Shown here one piece after another: positions 1 through 7,335 of a stretch of DNA of 64,000 bases. This stretch comes from an uncultured bacterium (GTDB lineage: Bacteria; UBP7; UBA6624), in assembly GCA_964517115.1 (NCBI GenBank), contig CAZFBE010000002.1, positions 6,862-70,861 of the forward strand, read 5' to 3'. Both the position numbers and the translations under genes were made by a program. Below the pieces are notes generated by a model. That model did not search any database. It saw nothing but the letters and a program-made list of their open reading frames with translations, and was not told the origin of the DNA. Position 1 is the first letter of the stretch. The number at the start of each line of letters is the position of its first letter.

Positions 1-1080
1 TTTCTTCACTCTGTCTGTATGCTTTTGTTTCTCCAGTAGGTATTTTGTTTTCATAAACTTTCATGTTGTTTTCGAGGCTGACAATCATATCTATAAGTTT
101 GTCTGTTTCTGGATTGATATAAGCTCTTCCAGTTAGCTCCAAAGTTCCAATAAAATCTCTATCAATTCTCCATTCATTTTGTTCGCTAACTTCCTTGCCG
201 TCAAATCTTGCAAATCCAAACATATCAATCACGATTGAAGGTTCAAGTCTATAAGCTTTGAGATTTGGTAAGCTGAGCATGGTTCCTCCAGAAACGATTC
301 CCTGAACATATCTTGTATCTCTTATTGGCAACCTGTACTCAATATCTATTTTTTGAAGAGTTCTTAAGCCCGGTATTGTTAAATAAACTGAACGGACCCA
401 TGTTTCCCCGAGTTTTACAGTTCTGTCAGGAAATCTTAATATATGGAAGTATTCCATTATTTGGCCTAGAGAAACATTAGCTCTTTCTCTTTCATTTTTA
501 ACCAATTCCAAAGGAACTCCTTGACTGGTTAAAACCTCACCGTTTTTGTTTCTTATAAGAACGTGATCATCATCCAATAAATCTATTACAGAATCCTCAA
601 TTTTTGTATCTTCTGAACTTCCAGAACTTCCCCCACCACCTGGAGCCATCCCTGCTCTTGGATCTATCCCTCTACCTTCGCTACCACCATCACCTTCGCC
701 ACCACCTGGAGGTCCACCGCCTTCGTCACCACCGCCGTCAGCAGGTCCACCACCACCGTCAACTCCACCAGATATTCCAAAGTCTTGTCTTTCGTAAGAA
801 TAATCATCAAATCTAACTCTCGACCACGTTAAATTAAATTCCTCACTTTCATGTGTTTCAGAAAGAACTGCTTGTGTAAAACCTTGCAAGCTTTCAAATT
901 CCCCTGGAGCCCAAATTTGACCACTCGATCCAGCTTGAATGATATATCTATGGGGAGTTGGGTGCAGAGGAATTGGAGGGTTGTAAGAAAGTTGTATGAA
1001 GTCATTTTTTGCAACTAGGGATGCTGCAACAAGAAGGGTTGCAGGAACCAAAAATAAAAGCCTAATTCCTTTAATGTTCA
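1..1080 (-). CDS. Secreted hypothetical protein with a Gly/Pro/Asp-rich low-complexity linker. The start codon is the complement of 1078-1080 and the 3-prime end runs past the window edge.
   Basis: Absent from the ORF track because no stop falls inside the window. My minus-strand translation from the ATG gives MNIKGIRLLFLVPATLLVAASLVAKN, a signal-peptide-like N-terminus, then no in-frame stop down to position 1. A Gly-rich run GGVDGGGGPADGGGDEGGGPPGGGEGDGGSEG lies at about 640-760. The plus-strand ORF 604..816 is its antisense artefact. Confidence 0.5.
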
Positions 1081-1133
1081 TAACCAGTCTCTTATCCTAC
1101 TATATCTCTTCATTATTTAGTTTTATTTTTTAT

Positions 1134-1207
1134 GGTGGAGCTGGAGGGATTCGAACCCTCGACCCCTTGTATGCCATACAAGTGCGCTACCACTGCGCTA
1201 CAGCCCC
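1134..1207 (-). tRNA. tRNA-Ala, anticodon GGC
   Basis: The reverse complement GGGGCTGTAGCGCAGTGGTAGCGCACTTGTATGGCATACAAGGGGTCGAGGGTTCGAATCCCTCCAGCTCCACC folds as a cloverleaf. It has the G3:U70 Ala identity pair, anticodon loop ATGGCAT (GGC) and a TTCGAAT T-loop. Confidence 0.85.
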
Positions 1208-1208
1208 T

Positions 1209-1553
1209 TTAAGATTCGTATATTATTGAGCAGTCTTGTACCAACCCATCTATATCCCAATAGTCTCTTGCTGTTGGCGTCATCAAGTGAACAATTGTGT
1301 CTCCAAGATCCAGCAAGGACCATTCTGATTCAGACTCCGATCCTTCGGGGGTGATGTTGAAGCCATTATTTTTAAGCCATTGTTTTACATTTTCTCTTAG
1401 TGTTTTTAAGTGAGTTTTGTTTTGTGCAGTTGCAATGATGAAATTTTTTGTCCAGGTCATTTTATTTTCAACATTTATCAATTTAACTTCTTCAGCAAAT
1501 TCATCTAAAAGCATTAAGCTTATTTTTTTCGGATCTAGTTTTTTTTCAGTCAT
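1209..1553 (-). CDS. rsfS: Ribosomal silencing factor RsfS (Iojap/DUF143 family)
   Basis: 114 aa. The C-terminal GDTIVHLMTPTARDYWDIDGL matches the RsfS consensus (VVHVFxPEAREFYxLE). It lies directly downstream of nadD in the conserved obg-nadD-rsfS arrangement. Confidence 0.8.
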   Translation of the reverse strand: MTEKKLDPKKISLMLLDEFAEEVKLINVENKMTWTKNFIIATAQNKTHLKTLRENVKQWLKNNGFNITPEGSESESEWSLLDLGDTIVHLMTPTARDYWDIDGLVQDCSIIYES

Positions 1554-1556
1554 TTT

Positions 1557-2369
1557 TTAGTTGATGTTTTTTGATATCCATTGATTTAAATCATCCATTT
1601 CTGGAGACCAGTAAGGACCCATGAATTTCCCTGGGAGTATTTCTGTTAATGGGGATTCCCCTAGAGTTCTCATCCCTAGAACTAACACTTCTTCCATTTT
1701 TAAATTGGTTTCAATGTTTTCAAGAAATTTACTAATTACAGATATTTTTTTCAGAACATCTGATTTGTGAAATTTTTTAAGAATTGCATGAGCTAGTTTT
1801 TGTTGTCTTTGTATTCTTCCTATGTCACCTAAAGAATCGTTTCTGAATCTTGCATACAAAACTGAATCTTTTCCATTTAAGGTGTGAATACCTGATTCAA
1901 AGTTGATCTTTAAGCTTTGAGACGTGTCTTCGTATTTGAGTTCTTTTTCTATATGAACTCTTACTCCGCCGAGGTCATCGATTAATTTCTCTAGGTCTTT
2001 AAAATTGATTACAAGATATCTATCAACTGTAATATTTGCCAAAGAGTTTAAAGCGCCTCTTAACCCCGTTATGTTTCCGTTATTGTGCCAACTATGGTTT
2101 ATTCTGTTTGTTCCATCTTGAGTTTCAACAAGCGTATCTCTTGGTATTGAAAGTATATTTGGAGCACCTCCCGATTTAGGCAAAGCTGCAAGCAGTATCG
2201 TGTCGGGATTTATATCTTCTTTTGACTGGTCAAGACCAACTATAAGAACTGTTTCTGCTCTTGTTTGTTTGTATTTTTTGAAACCTTCTGCAAAACTTGA
2301 TAAAAGAATAAAAAATATCAAACTGAGAAGCATTCCCAAGAAAGTCAAATTTAGGTATTTTTGTATCAT
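1557..2369 (-). CDS. LytR-CpsA-Psr (LCP) family protein
   Basis: 270 aa with an N-terminal TM helix, then PNILSIPRDTLVETQDG, GLRGALNSLANITVDRYLVINF and GIHTLNGKDSVLYARFRND, typical of the LCP domain. Confidence 0.7.
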   Translation of the reverse strand: MIQKYLNLTFLGMLLSLIFFILLSSFAEGFKKYKQTRAETVLIVGLDQSKEDINPDTILLAALPKSGGAPNILSIPRDTLVETQDGTNRINHSWHNNGNITGLRGALNSLANITVDRYLVINFKDLEKLIDDLGGVRVHIEKELKYEDTSQSLKINFESGIHTLNGKDSVLYARFRNDSLGDIGRIQRQQKLAHAILKKFHKSDVLKKISVISKFLENIETNLKMEEVLVLGMRTLGESPLTEILPGKFMGPYWSPEMDDLNQWISKNIN

Positions 2370-2926
2370 TTATAAAGACCTCTTTTGAGAATCTTTTCTT
2401 CAACAAGTTTTGGTAATAGGTTTTTCACAGATTTTTTTTCCTTAATTTTCCTTCTTATTTCAGAAGATGAAATTTCCATTATTTTAGATTTGAGAAATGT
2501 TGTTTTATTGTTTTTTTCAGATTCCATTCTTCTTGCTACAACTATATTACAGTTGTCAATTAATTCACTGTAGTTTTTCCAATTTTTTATATCTTTTAAA
2601 TTGTCTTCTCCAACCAAAAGAGATATTTTTTTATTTTCATGATTTTTTTTAACCCATCTGACTTGGTCTATTGAGTAACAGGTTTCATTTTTCTTTTTTT
2701 CAAAATCAGAAATTATGACGTTTTTCAACTGAGCCGTTCCTGCTTTGCAGAGCTGAATTCTTTCTTCAAATGATGCATGAAAATTTTTCCCTACAGGAGA
2801 GATATATGTAGGAATGACATAAATGGGTTTATATTTTTCCTTAATACAAGCATTGATCAACTCTAAATGCGCATTATGAAAAGGGTCAAAGGAGCCTCCA
2901 AAAATTAAAGGATTTATCCTGGCCAT
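2366..2926 (-). CDS. nadD: Nicotinate-nucleotide adenylyltransferase
   Basis: 186 aa. It carries the FGGSFDPFHNAHL (GxFDPxHxxH) nucleotidyltransferase signature at the N-terminus. Confidence 0.85.
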   Translation of the reverse strand: MARINPLIFGGSFDPFHNAHLELINACIKEKYKPIYVIPTYISPVGKNFHASFEERIQLCKAGTAQLKNVIISDFEKKKNETCYSIDQVRWVKKNHENKKISLLVGEDNLKDIKNWKNYSELIDNCNIVVARRMESEKNNKTTFLKSKIMEISSSEIRRKIKEKKSVKNLLPKLVEEKILKRGLYK

Positions 2927-3753
2927 TCTTTTATGCTTTTGATATTTTCAGAATCTACAGGTATTGAGGAGTTTTTATATGTATAAATTTTGGATTTTTT
3001 TGGCAAGATTTCTTTTATTTTTAAAAAATCTTTGATTTTTGTAAACCTTCCAACAAAAACAATTTTTTTTGCATTTTTTGTCTGATGGAGCCAATTTTTT
3101 ACTTCATTCAGAGATGGTATTAGAAGTATTTTTTCATTAATTTTCATCTTATTAACTTTAACTCCTATTATTGGATAACTAGGCATTGTCTTGTCATACT
3201 TTCTTCCTGTTAGTTTTTCATGGATAGAAAGAGAGGAGTTTGTATTGGATATTATTGCAGTATCACAAGGAATAAAATAATTCATGCTGAGGCTTTTCTC
3301 TTCTCCAGGTTTTCCTTTCGTTATTTTTTTCGGCGATCTGTTTACGGAACTTGCAAAAGACCTATTTCCCCTTCCTCCACGGCCACCTTTTAGAGTGAAT
3401 ATTTCTCCTGGTTTTTCAAGTTTTTTAATTAAGTCTTTTTTCAAATCCCTTAACTCTGTTCCAGTTGGAACTTTTAGGATTAGTTCTTTTCCATTTTTTC
3501 CACTTTTGTTATTTTTTCCACCACTAAACCCATTTTCAGCTTTTATAGGTTTGTTTTGTTTGAATTTGTATAAATCAAATACAGAATCATCGGCAACGAT
3601 AGAAAGGTTTCCACCTCGCCCTCCGTTTCCTCCGTCAGGGCCCATACTTGCTCTAAATTTTTGTCTTAGGAAAGAAGATCTTCCATCACCGCCATTCCCA
3701 GCGACTAAATGAATTTCAGTCGAATCTATGAATTTGTTGAAGAATTTACTCAG
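2914..3753 (-). CDS. obg: Obg-family protein with a degenerate (inactive-looking) GTPase domain. The track ORF starts at ATG 3645, but the conserved Obg N-terminus continues upstream to a probable CTG start at 3753..3751.
   Basis: The track ORF begins [12 protein letters not shown], which is internal in Obg. Translating upstream in frame gives (I)[42 protein letters not shown], matching the Obg N-terminus MKFVDEVKIHVKAGDGGNG..REKFVPKGGPDGGDGG. An in-frame TAG lies at 3759..3757 and there is no ATG/GTG/TTG in between. Downstream, the block [14 protein letters not shown] is conserved, but the P-loop, switch I, DxxG and NKxD positions read [17 protein letters not shown] and VGRFTKIKD. Confidence 0.7.
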   Translation of the reverse strand: MSKFFNKFIDSTEIHLVAGNGGDGRSSFLRQKFRASMGPDGGNGGRGGNLSIVADDSVFDLYKFKQNKPIKAENGFSGGKNNKSGKNGKELILKVPTGTELRDLKKDLIKKLEKPGEIFTLKGGRGGRGNRSFASSVNRSPKKITKGKPGEEKSLSMNYFIPCDTAIISNTNSSLSIHEKLTGRKYDKTMPSYPIIGVKVNKMKINEKILLIPSLNEVKNWLHQTKNAKKIVFVGRFTKIKDFLKIKEILPKKSKIYTYKNSSIPVDSENIKSIKEWPG

Positions 3754-4000
3754 AATCTATTTGTGCTACTTTTTTATTGCCTCTTTTGTTTACATATTTG
3801 ACTATGCCATTGTTTAATGCAAACAAAGTGTAATCTTTCCCAATTCCAACATCTTTACCAGGGTGTATATTTTTGCCCCTTTGTCTAACTAAAACATTTC
3901 CAGTTGAAACTTTTTGACCATCTGAACATTTGACGCCAAGACGTTTTCCTGCAGTTGATCTTAAATTCTTAGTACTTCCCTGACCTGTTTTATGCGCCAT
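3746..4000 (-). CDS. rpmA: 50S ribosomal protein L27
   Basis: 84 aa. [24 protein letters not shown]...VRQRG is the canonical L27 N-terminus. Confidence 0.9.
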   Translation of the reverse strand: MAHKTGQGSTKNLRSTAGKRLGVKCSDGQKVSTGNVLVRQRGKNIHPGKDVGIGKDYTLFALNNGIVKYVNKRGNKKVAQIDSE

Positions 4001-4001
4001 A

Positions 4002-4316
4002 TTAACCCTCTATTTTTAAAACTTTTAATTGGGTGTATTCTTGTCTGTGGCCAATAATTCTTTTGTAGTTCTTTTTTGCTTTGTATTTTTGGACCCTGAC
4101 TTTTTTATCTTTGATGTGAGCAATAACTTCGCAAGTAACCTTTGCTTTTTCTACTAGAGGTTTTCCAATCTTGACTTTATCCTTATTTATTGTCATTAGG
4201 ATCTCTTTGTAAACAATTTTTTTGCCTTTTTCTTCAGCAACCTTGTCAACAAATACGGTTTCCCCTGAGCAAACTAACATTTGTGTTCCTGATGCTTTAA
4301 TAATTGCCTTCTTCAT
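4002..4316 (-). CDS. rplU: 50S ribosomal protein L21
   Basis: 104 aa. Its N-terminus [46 protein letters not shown] and the rplU-rpmA-obg order match L21. Confidence 0.9.
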   Translation of the reverse strand: MKKAIIKASGTQMLVCSGETVFVDKVAEEKGKKIVYKEILMTINKDKVKIGKPLVEKAKVTCEVIAHIKDKKVRVQKYKAKKNYKRIIGHRQEYTQLKVLKIEG

Positions 4317-4346
4317 ATCTTTAATAAAATAAACCCGTAATAGACT

Positions 4347-4352
4347 ATTATA
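4347..4352 (-). promoter_or_regulatory. Candidate -10 hexamer (TATAAT on the minus strand) for the rplU-rpmA-obg-nadD operon
   Basis: The plus-strand attata at 4347-4352 reads TATAAT on the minus strand, about 30 nt upstream of the rplU ATG. No convincing -35 was seen. Confidence 0.25.
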
Positions 4353-4460
4353 TAACTTTTTTTATGGAAAGATTTTTTGGACAGATAACGAACTTGGCTT
4401 TAGTGCTTGCTGTTGTTGGTTTCTTTCTTTGGTTTTTTTCAGCAAAGTTAAGAAAATAAA

Positions 4461-5897
4461 TTAATCCCCTCTCCAGAGAACAGCAATTAATGCTAGACAC
4501 ATTTCATCTAAAGAACTTGGTCCCAGCCTTACGTCAATAGGCTCATTAATATCGTCATATTCACTGAGTGCATAGGCAACGAAGGGGTTATTCATGGTGT
4601 TGTCGAAGGTGCATTTGAATTCAAGGGTATCTCCTCCCCTTATCCTTGGGACAAGCCATCTTCCACCAGGGTAACCAGTATCATAATAGTACATTCTTTG
4701 ATAATAGAAGTTGTAGTTTGGGGTTGCAATCAGGCATTCCTTTTTCTTTTGACCCTCTTCAGGGTTTTTTCGATGGAGGATAACTTCCATGTTGGTTCCT
4801 GTGTAGTGCATATGTGTCCCTATCCCAAAAATTGCTGTTTCGGGAAAGTTTTCTGGGAGTGTAAAGAGAATTGTTTCCTCATGACCCTTTACGTTTGCGG
4901 GAATTACAAAATCGGGATATCCTTTTTCATCATATGAACCTGGGACAAGGCCATTTGGAATTAGATTGTTGTCCTCATCAAGGCTATTGTCATGACTTGA
5001 GCCCCAAACCCAAACATAGGATTTCAGCAAAGGCTGTCTTTTTGTTATTTCAAGCTCAAGTATGCTTGAATCTTTTGGAGGTTCATCGTACTCTTGGTGA
5101 ATGTGGTAGTGTATTTGCATGATGATCTTAGATCCTTCAGGGATATGTATTCCAGATTCCTTTGGAGGGTCGTAAGGTGGGTATCCAGGATTCCATCCTC
5201 CTATCAAACTTACTTCAAAACCTACATCACCAAAGCAGTTGTAGTAACCTTTCTCGCCAGCTGTTTCAGATGATGCCCCCTTCTCGTCAAGCCATAATCC
5301 GACATGATGGACAACCTCGTTGTTTCCAGGAGTTATCCTGAAGTTTGTCATCCATGTGTCCCCCTCGATTTCTGGGTCAAGGACAAAGCACCTGAGCATG
5401 TCGTCTGTTCCTCCCCACTTTTCTCCAACAATCGTGTATTCGGGGATGCTCATTTTTATGTCCGACCTAAAGGGAACCTCTTTTTTCGTCTCTTTGTTTT
5501 TTTCAACCTTTTCACCCATGGGGAAATCAGAATCAATCCACTTTTCCAGAAGGAGTATCTCCCTTTGGGTCAGGGTGGGGTCATCTTTCCATCCAAGCTG
5601 GTTTGGTTCACATGTTTCCGTTTCTCCGGGACCCCATGGAGGCATCCTTTTTGCCTTGATTGCCCTCAGGGCACTCTTCGCCTTTTCTTTGACTTGGTCG
5701 TATGTTTCGAGAGAAAAGTCAGCAACATTCCCATCTGAATGGCATGAGATGCAGTGATCTGAGAATATTTCTGAGATGTGACCTTCCCATGTTACCTCTG
5801 ATTCAGCAAGCGTAAACTCTTCTTGGCTTGTTGCATTTTTTTCTTGACAGGAGTTGAAGATAAGAAAAAAAGAAAAAAGAAAGACTCTTTTCATCAT
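4461..5897 (-). CDS. Lipoprotein fusing a haem-c (CxxCH) domain to a PHM/DBH-like copper monooxygenase, copy A. The track ORF runs to 5921, but the likely start is M9 at 5897, which also removes the overlap with copy B.
   Basis: Signal plus lipobox-like MMKRVFLFSFFLIFNSC. A single haem-c motif CISCH is followed by RMPPWG. The copper-site ligands VVHHVGLW, MQIHYHIH, GTHMHYTG and SLDEMC align with the PHM/DBH CuH (HH...H) and CuM (HxH...M) sites. Confidence 0.7.
   Translation of the reverse strand: MMKRVFLFSFFLIFNSCQEKNATSQEEFTLAESEVTWEGHISEIFSDHCISCHSDGNVADFSLETYDQVKEKAKSALRAIKAKRMPPWGPGETETCEPNQLGWKDDPTLTQREILLLEKWIDSDFPMGEKVEKNKETKKEVPFRSDIKMSIPEYTIVGEKWGGTDDMLRCFVLDPEIEGDTWMTNFRITPGNNEVVHHVGLWLDEKGASSETAGEKGYYNCFGDVGFEVSLIGGWNPGYPPYDPPKESGIHIPEGSKIIMQIHYHIHQEYDEPPKDSSILELEITKRQPLLKSYVWVWGSSHDNSLDEDNNLIPNGLVPGSYDEKGYPDFVIPANVKGHEETILFTLPENFPETAIFGIGTHMHYTGTNMEVILHRKNPEEGQKKKECLIATPNYNFYYQRMYYYDTGYPGGRWLVPRIRGGDTLEFKCTFDNTMNNPFVAYALSEYDDINEPIDVRLGPSSLDEMCLALIAVLWRGD
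4476..5868. repeat. Direct tandem repeat, unit 1 (1393 bp, 100% identical to 5911..7303)
   Basis: The period is 1435 bp. Matching antisense ORFs (4698/6133, 4871/6306, 5304/6739, 5320/6755) and my line-by-line comparison show perfect identity. Flanks diverge at 4475/5910 and at 5869/7304. Confidence 0.9.
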
Positions 5898-5898
5898 T

Positions 5899-7335
5899 TT
5901 AGCTTTTATTGAGAACAGCAATTAATGCTAGACACATTTCATCTAAAGAACTTGGTCCCAGCCTTACGTCAATAGGCTCATTAATATCGTCATATTCACT
6001 GAGTGCATAGGCAACGAAGGGGTTATTCATGGTGTTGTCGAAGGTGCATTTGAATTCAAGGGTATCTCCTCCCCTTATCCTTGGGACAAGCCATCTTCCA
6101 CCAGGGTAACCAGTATCATAATAGTACATTCTTTGATAATAGAAGTTGTAGTTTGGGGTTGCAATCAGGCATTCCTTTTTCTTTTGACCCTCTTCAGGGT
6201 TTTTTCGATGGAGGATAACTTCCATGTTGGTTCCTGTGTAGTGCATATGTGTCCCTATCCCAAAAATTGCTGTTTCGGGAAAGTTTTCTGGGAGTGTAAA
6301 GAGAATTGTTTCCTCATGACCCTTTACGTTTGCGGGAATTACAAAATCGGGATATCCTTTTTCATCATATGAACCTGGGACAAGGCCATTTGGAATTAGA
6401 TTGTTGTCCTCATCAAGGCTATTGTCATGACTTGAGCCCCAAACCCAAACATAGGATTTCAGCAAAGGCTGTCTTTTTGTTATTTCAAGCTCAAGTATGC
6501 TTGAATCTTTTGGAGGTTCATCGTACTCTTGGTGAATGTGGTAGTGTATTTGCATGATGATCTTAGATCCTTCAGGGATATGTATTCCAGATTCCTTTGG
6601 AGGGTCGTAAGGTGGGTATCCAGGATTCCATCCTCCTATCAAACTTACTTCAAAACCTACATCACCAAAGCAGTTGTAGTAACCTTTCTCGCCAGCTGTT
6701 TCAGATGATGCCCCCTTCTCGTCAAGCCATAATCCGACATGATGGACAACCTCGTTGTTTCCAGGAGTTATCCTGAAGTTTGTCATCCATGTGTCCCCCT
6801 CGATTTCTGGGTCAAGGACAAAGCACCTGAGCATGTCGTCTGTTCCTCCCCACTTTTCTCCAACAATCGTGTATTCGGGGATGCTCATTTTTATGTCCGA
6901 CCTAAAGGGAACCTCTTTTTTCGTCTCTTTGTTTTTTTCAACCTTTTCACCCATGGGGAAATCAGAATCAATCCACTTTTCCAGAAGGAGTATCTCCCTT
7001 TGGGTCAGGGTGGGGTCATCTTTCCATCCAAGCTGGTTTGGTTCACATGTTTCCGTTTCTCCGGGACCCCATGGAGGCATCCTTTTTGCCTTGATTGCCC
7101 TCAGGGCACTCTTCGCCTTTTCTTTGACTTGGTCGTATGTTTCGAGAGAAAAGTCAGCAACATTCCCATCTGAATGGCATGAGATGCAGTGATCTGAGAA
7201 TATTTCTGAGATGTGACCTTCCCATGTTACCTCTGATTCAGCAAGCGTAAACTCTTCTTGGCTTGTTGCATTTTTTTCTTGACAGGAGTTGAAAATAAGA
7301 AATAGGAAAATAAGAGTTATTTTTTTTATCTCCAT
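5899..7335 (-). CDS. Lipoprotein fusing a haem-c (CxxCH) domain to a PHM/DBH-like copper monooxygenase, copy B
   Basis: 478 aa. It is identical to copy A from ...FNSCQEK through ...ALIAVL. Only the signal peptide (MEIKKITLIFLFLIFNSC) and the last 3-4 residues differ. Confidence 0.7.
   Translation of the reverse strand: MEIKKITLIFLFLIFNSCQEKNATSQEEFTLAESEVTWEGHISEIFSDHCISCHSDGNVADFSLETYDQVKEKAKSALRAIKAKRMPPWGPGETETCEPNQLGWKDDPTLTQREILLLEKWIDSDFPMGEKVEKNKETKKEVPFRSDIKMSIPEYTIVGEKWGGTDDMLRCFVLDPEIEGDTWMTNFRITPGNNEVVHHVGLWLDEKGASSETAGEKGYYNCFGDVGFEVSLIGGWNPGYPPYDPPKESGIHIPEGSKIIMQIHYHIHQEYDEPPKDSSILELEITKRQPLLKSYVWVWGSSHDNSLDEDNNLIPNGLVPGSYDEKGYPDFVIPANVKGHEETILFTLPENFPETAIFGIGTHMHYTGTNMEVILHRKNPEEGQKKKECLIATPNYNFYYQRMYYYDTGYPGGRWLVPRIRGGDTLEFKCTFDNTMNNPFVAYALSEYDDINEPIDVRLGPSSLDEMCLALIAVLNKS
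5911..7303. repeat. Direct tandem repeat, unit 2
   Basis: Same evidence as unit 1. Confidence 0.9.

Noticed and set aside
604-816. Plus-strand 70-aa His/Pro/Arg-rich ORF
   Set aside because: It is the antisense of the Gly-rich linker of the real minus-strand secreted-protein gene. Low-complexity mirror artefact.
3284-3712. Plus-strand 142-aa Pro/Phe-rich ORF
   Set aside because: It is the antisense of the Gly-rich Obg-fold coding region (GGRGGRG reads as PPRPP). Not a gene.
4698-7192. Four pairs of identical plus-strand ORFs (79, 83, 144 and 145 aa) inside the duplicated region
   Set aside because: They lie antisense within the two monooxygenase genes. They are duplicated only because the underlying DNA is duplicated and have no independent coding evidence.
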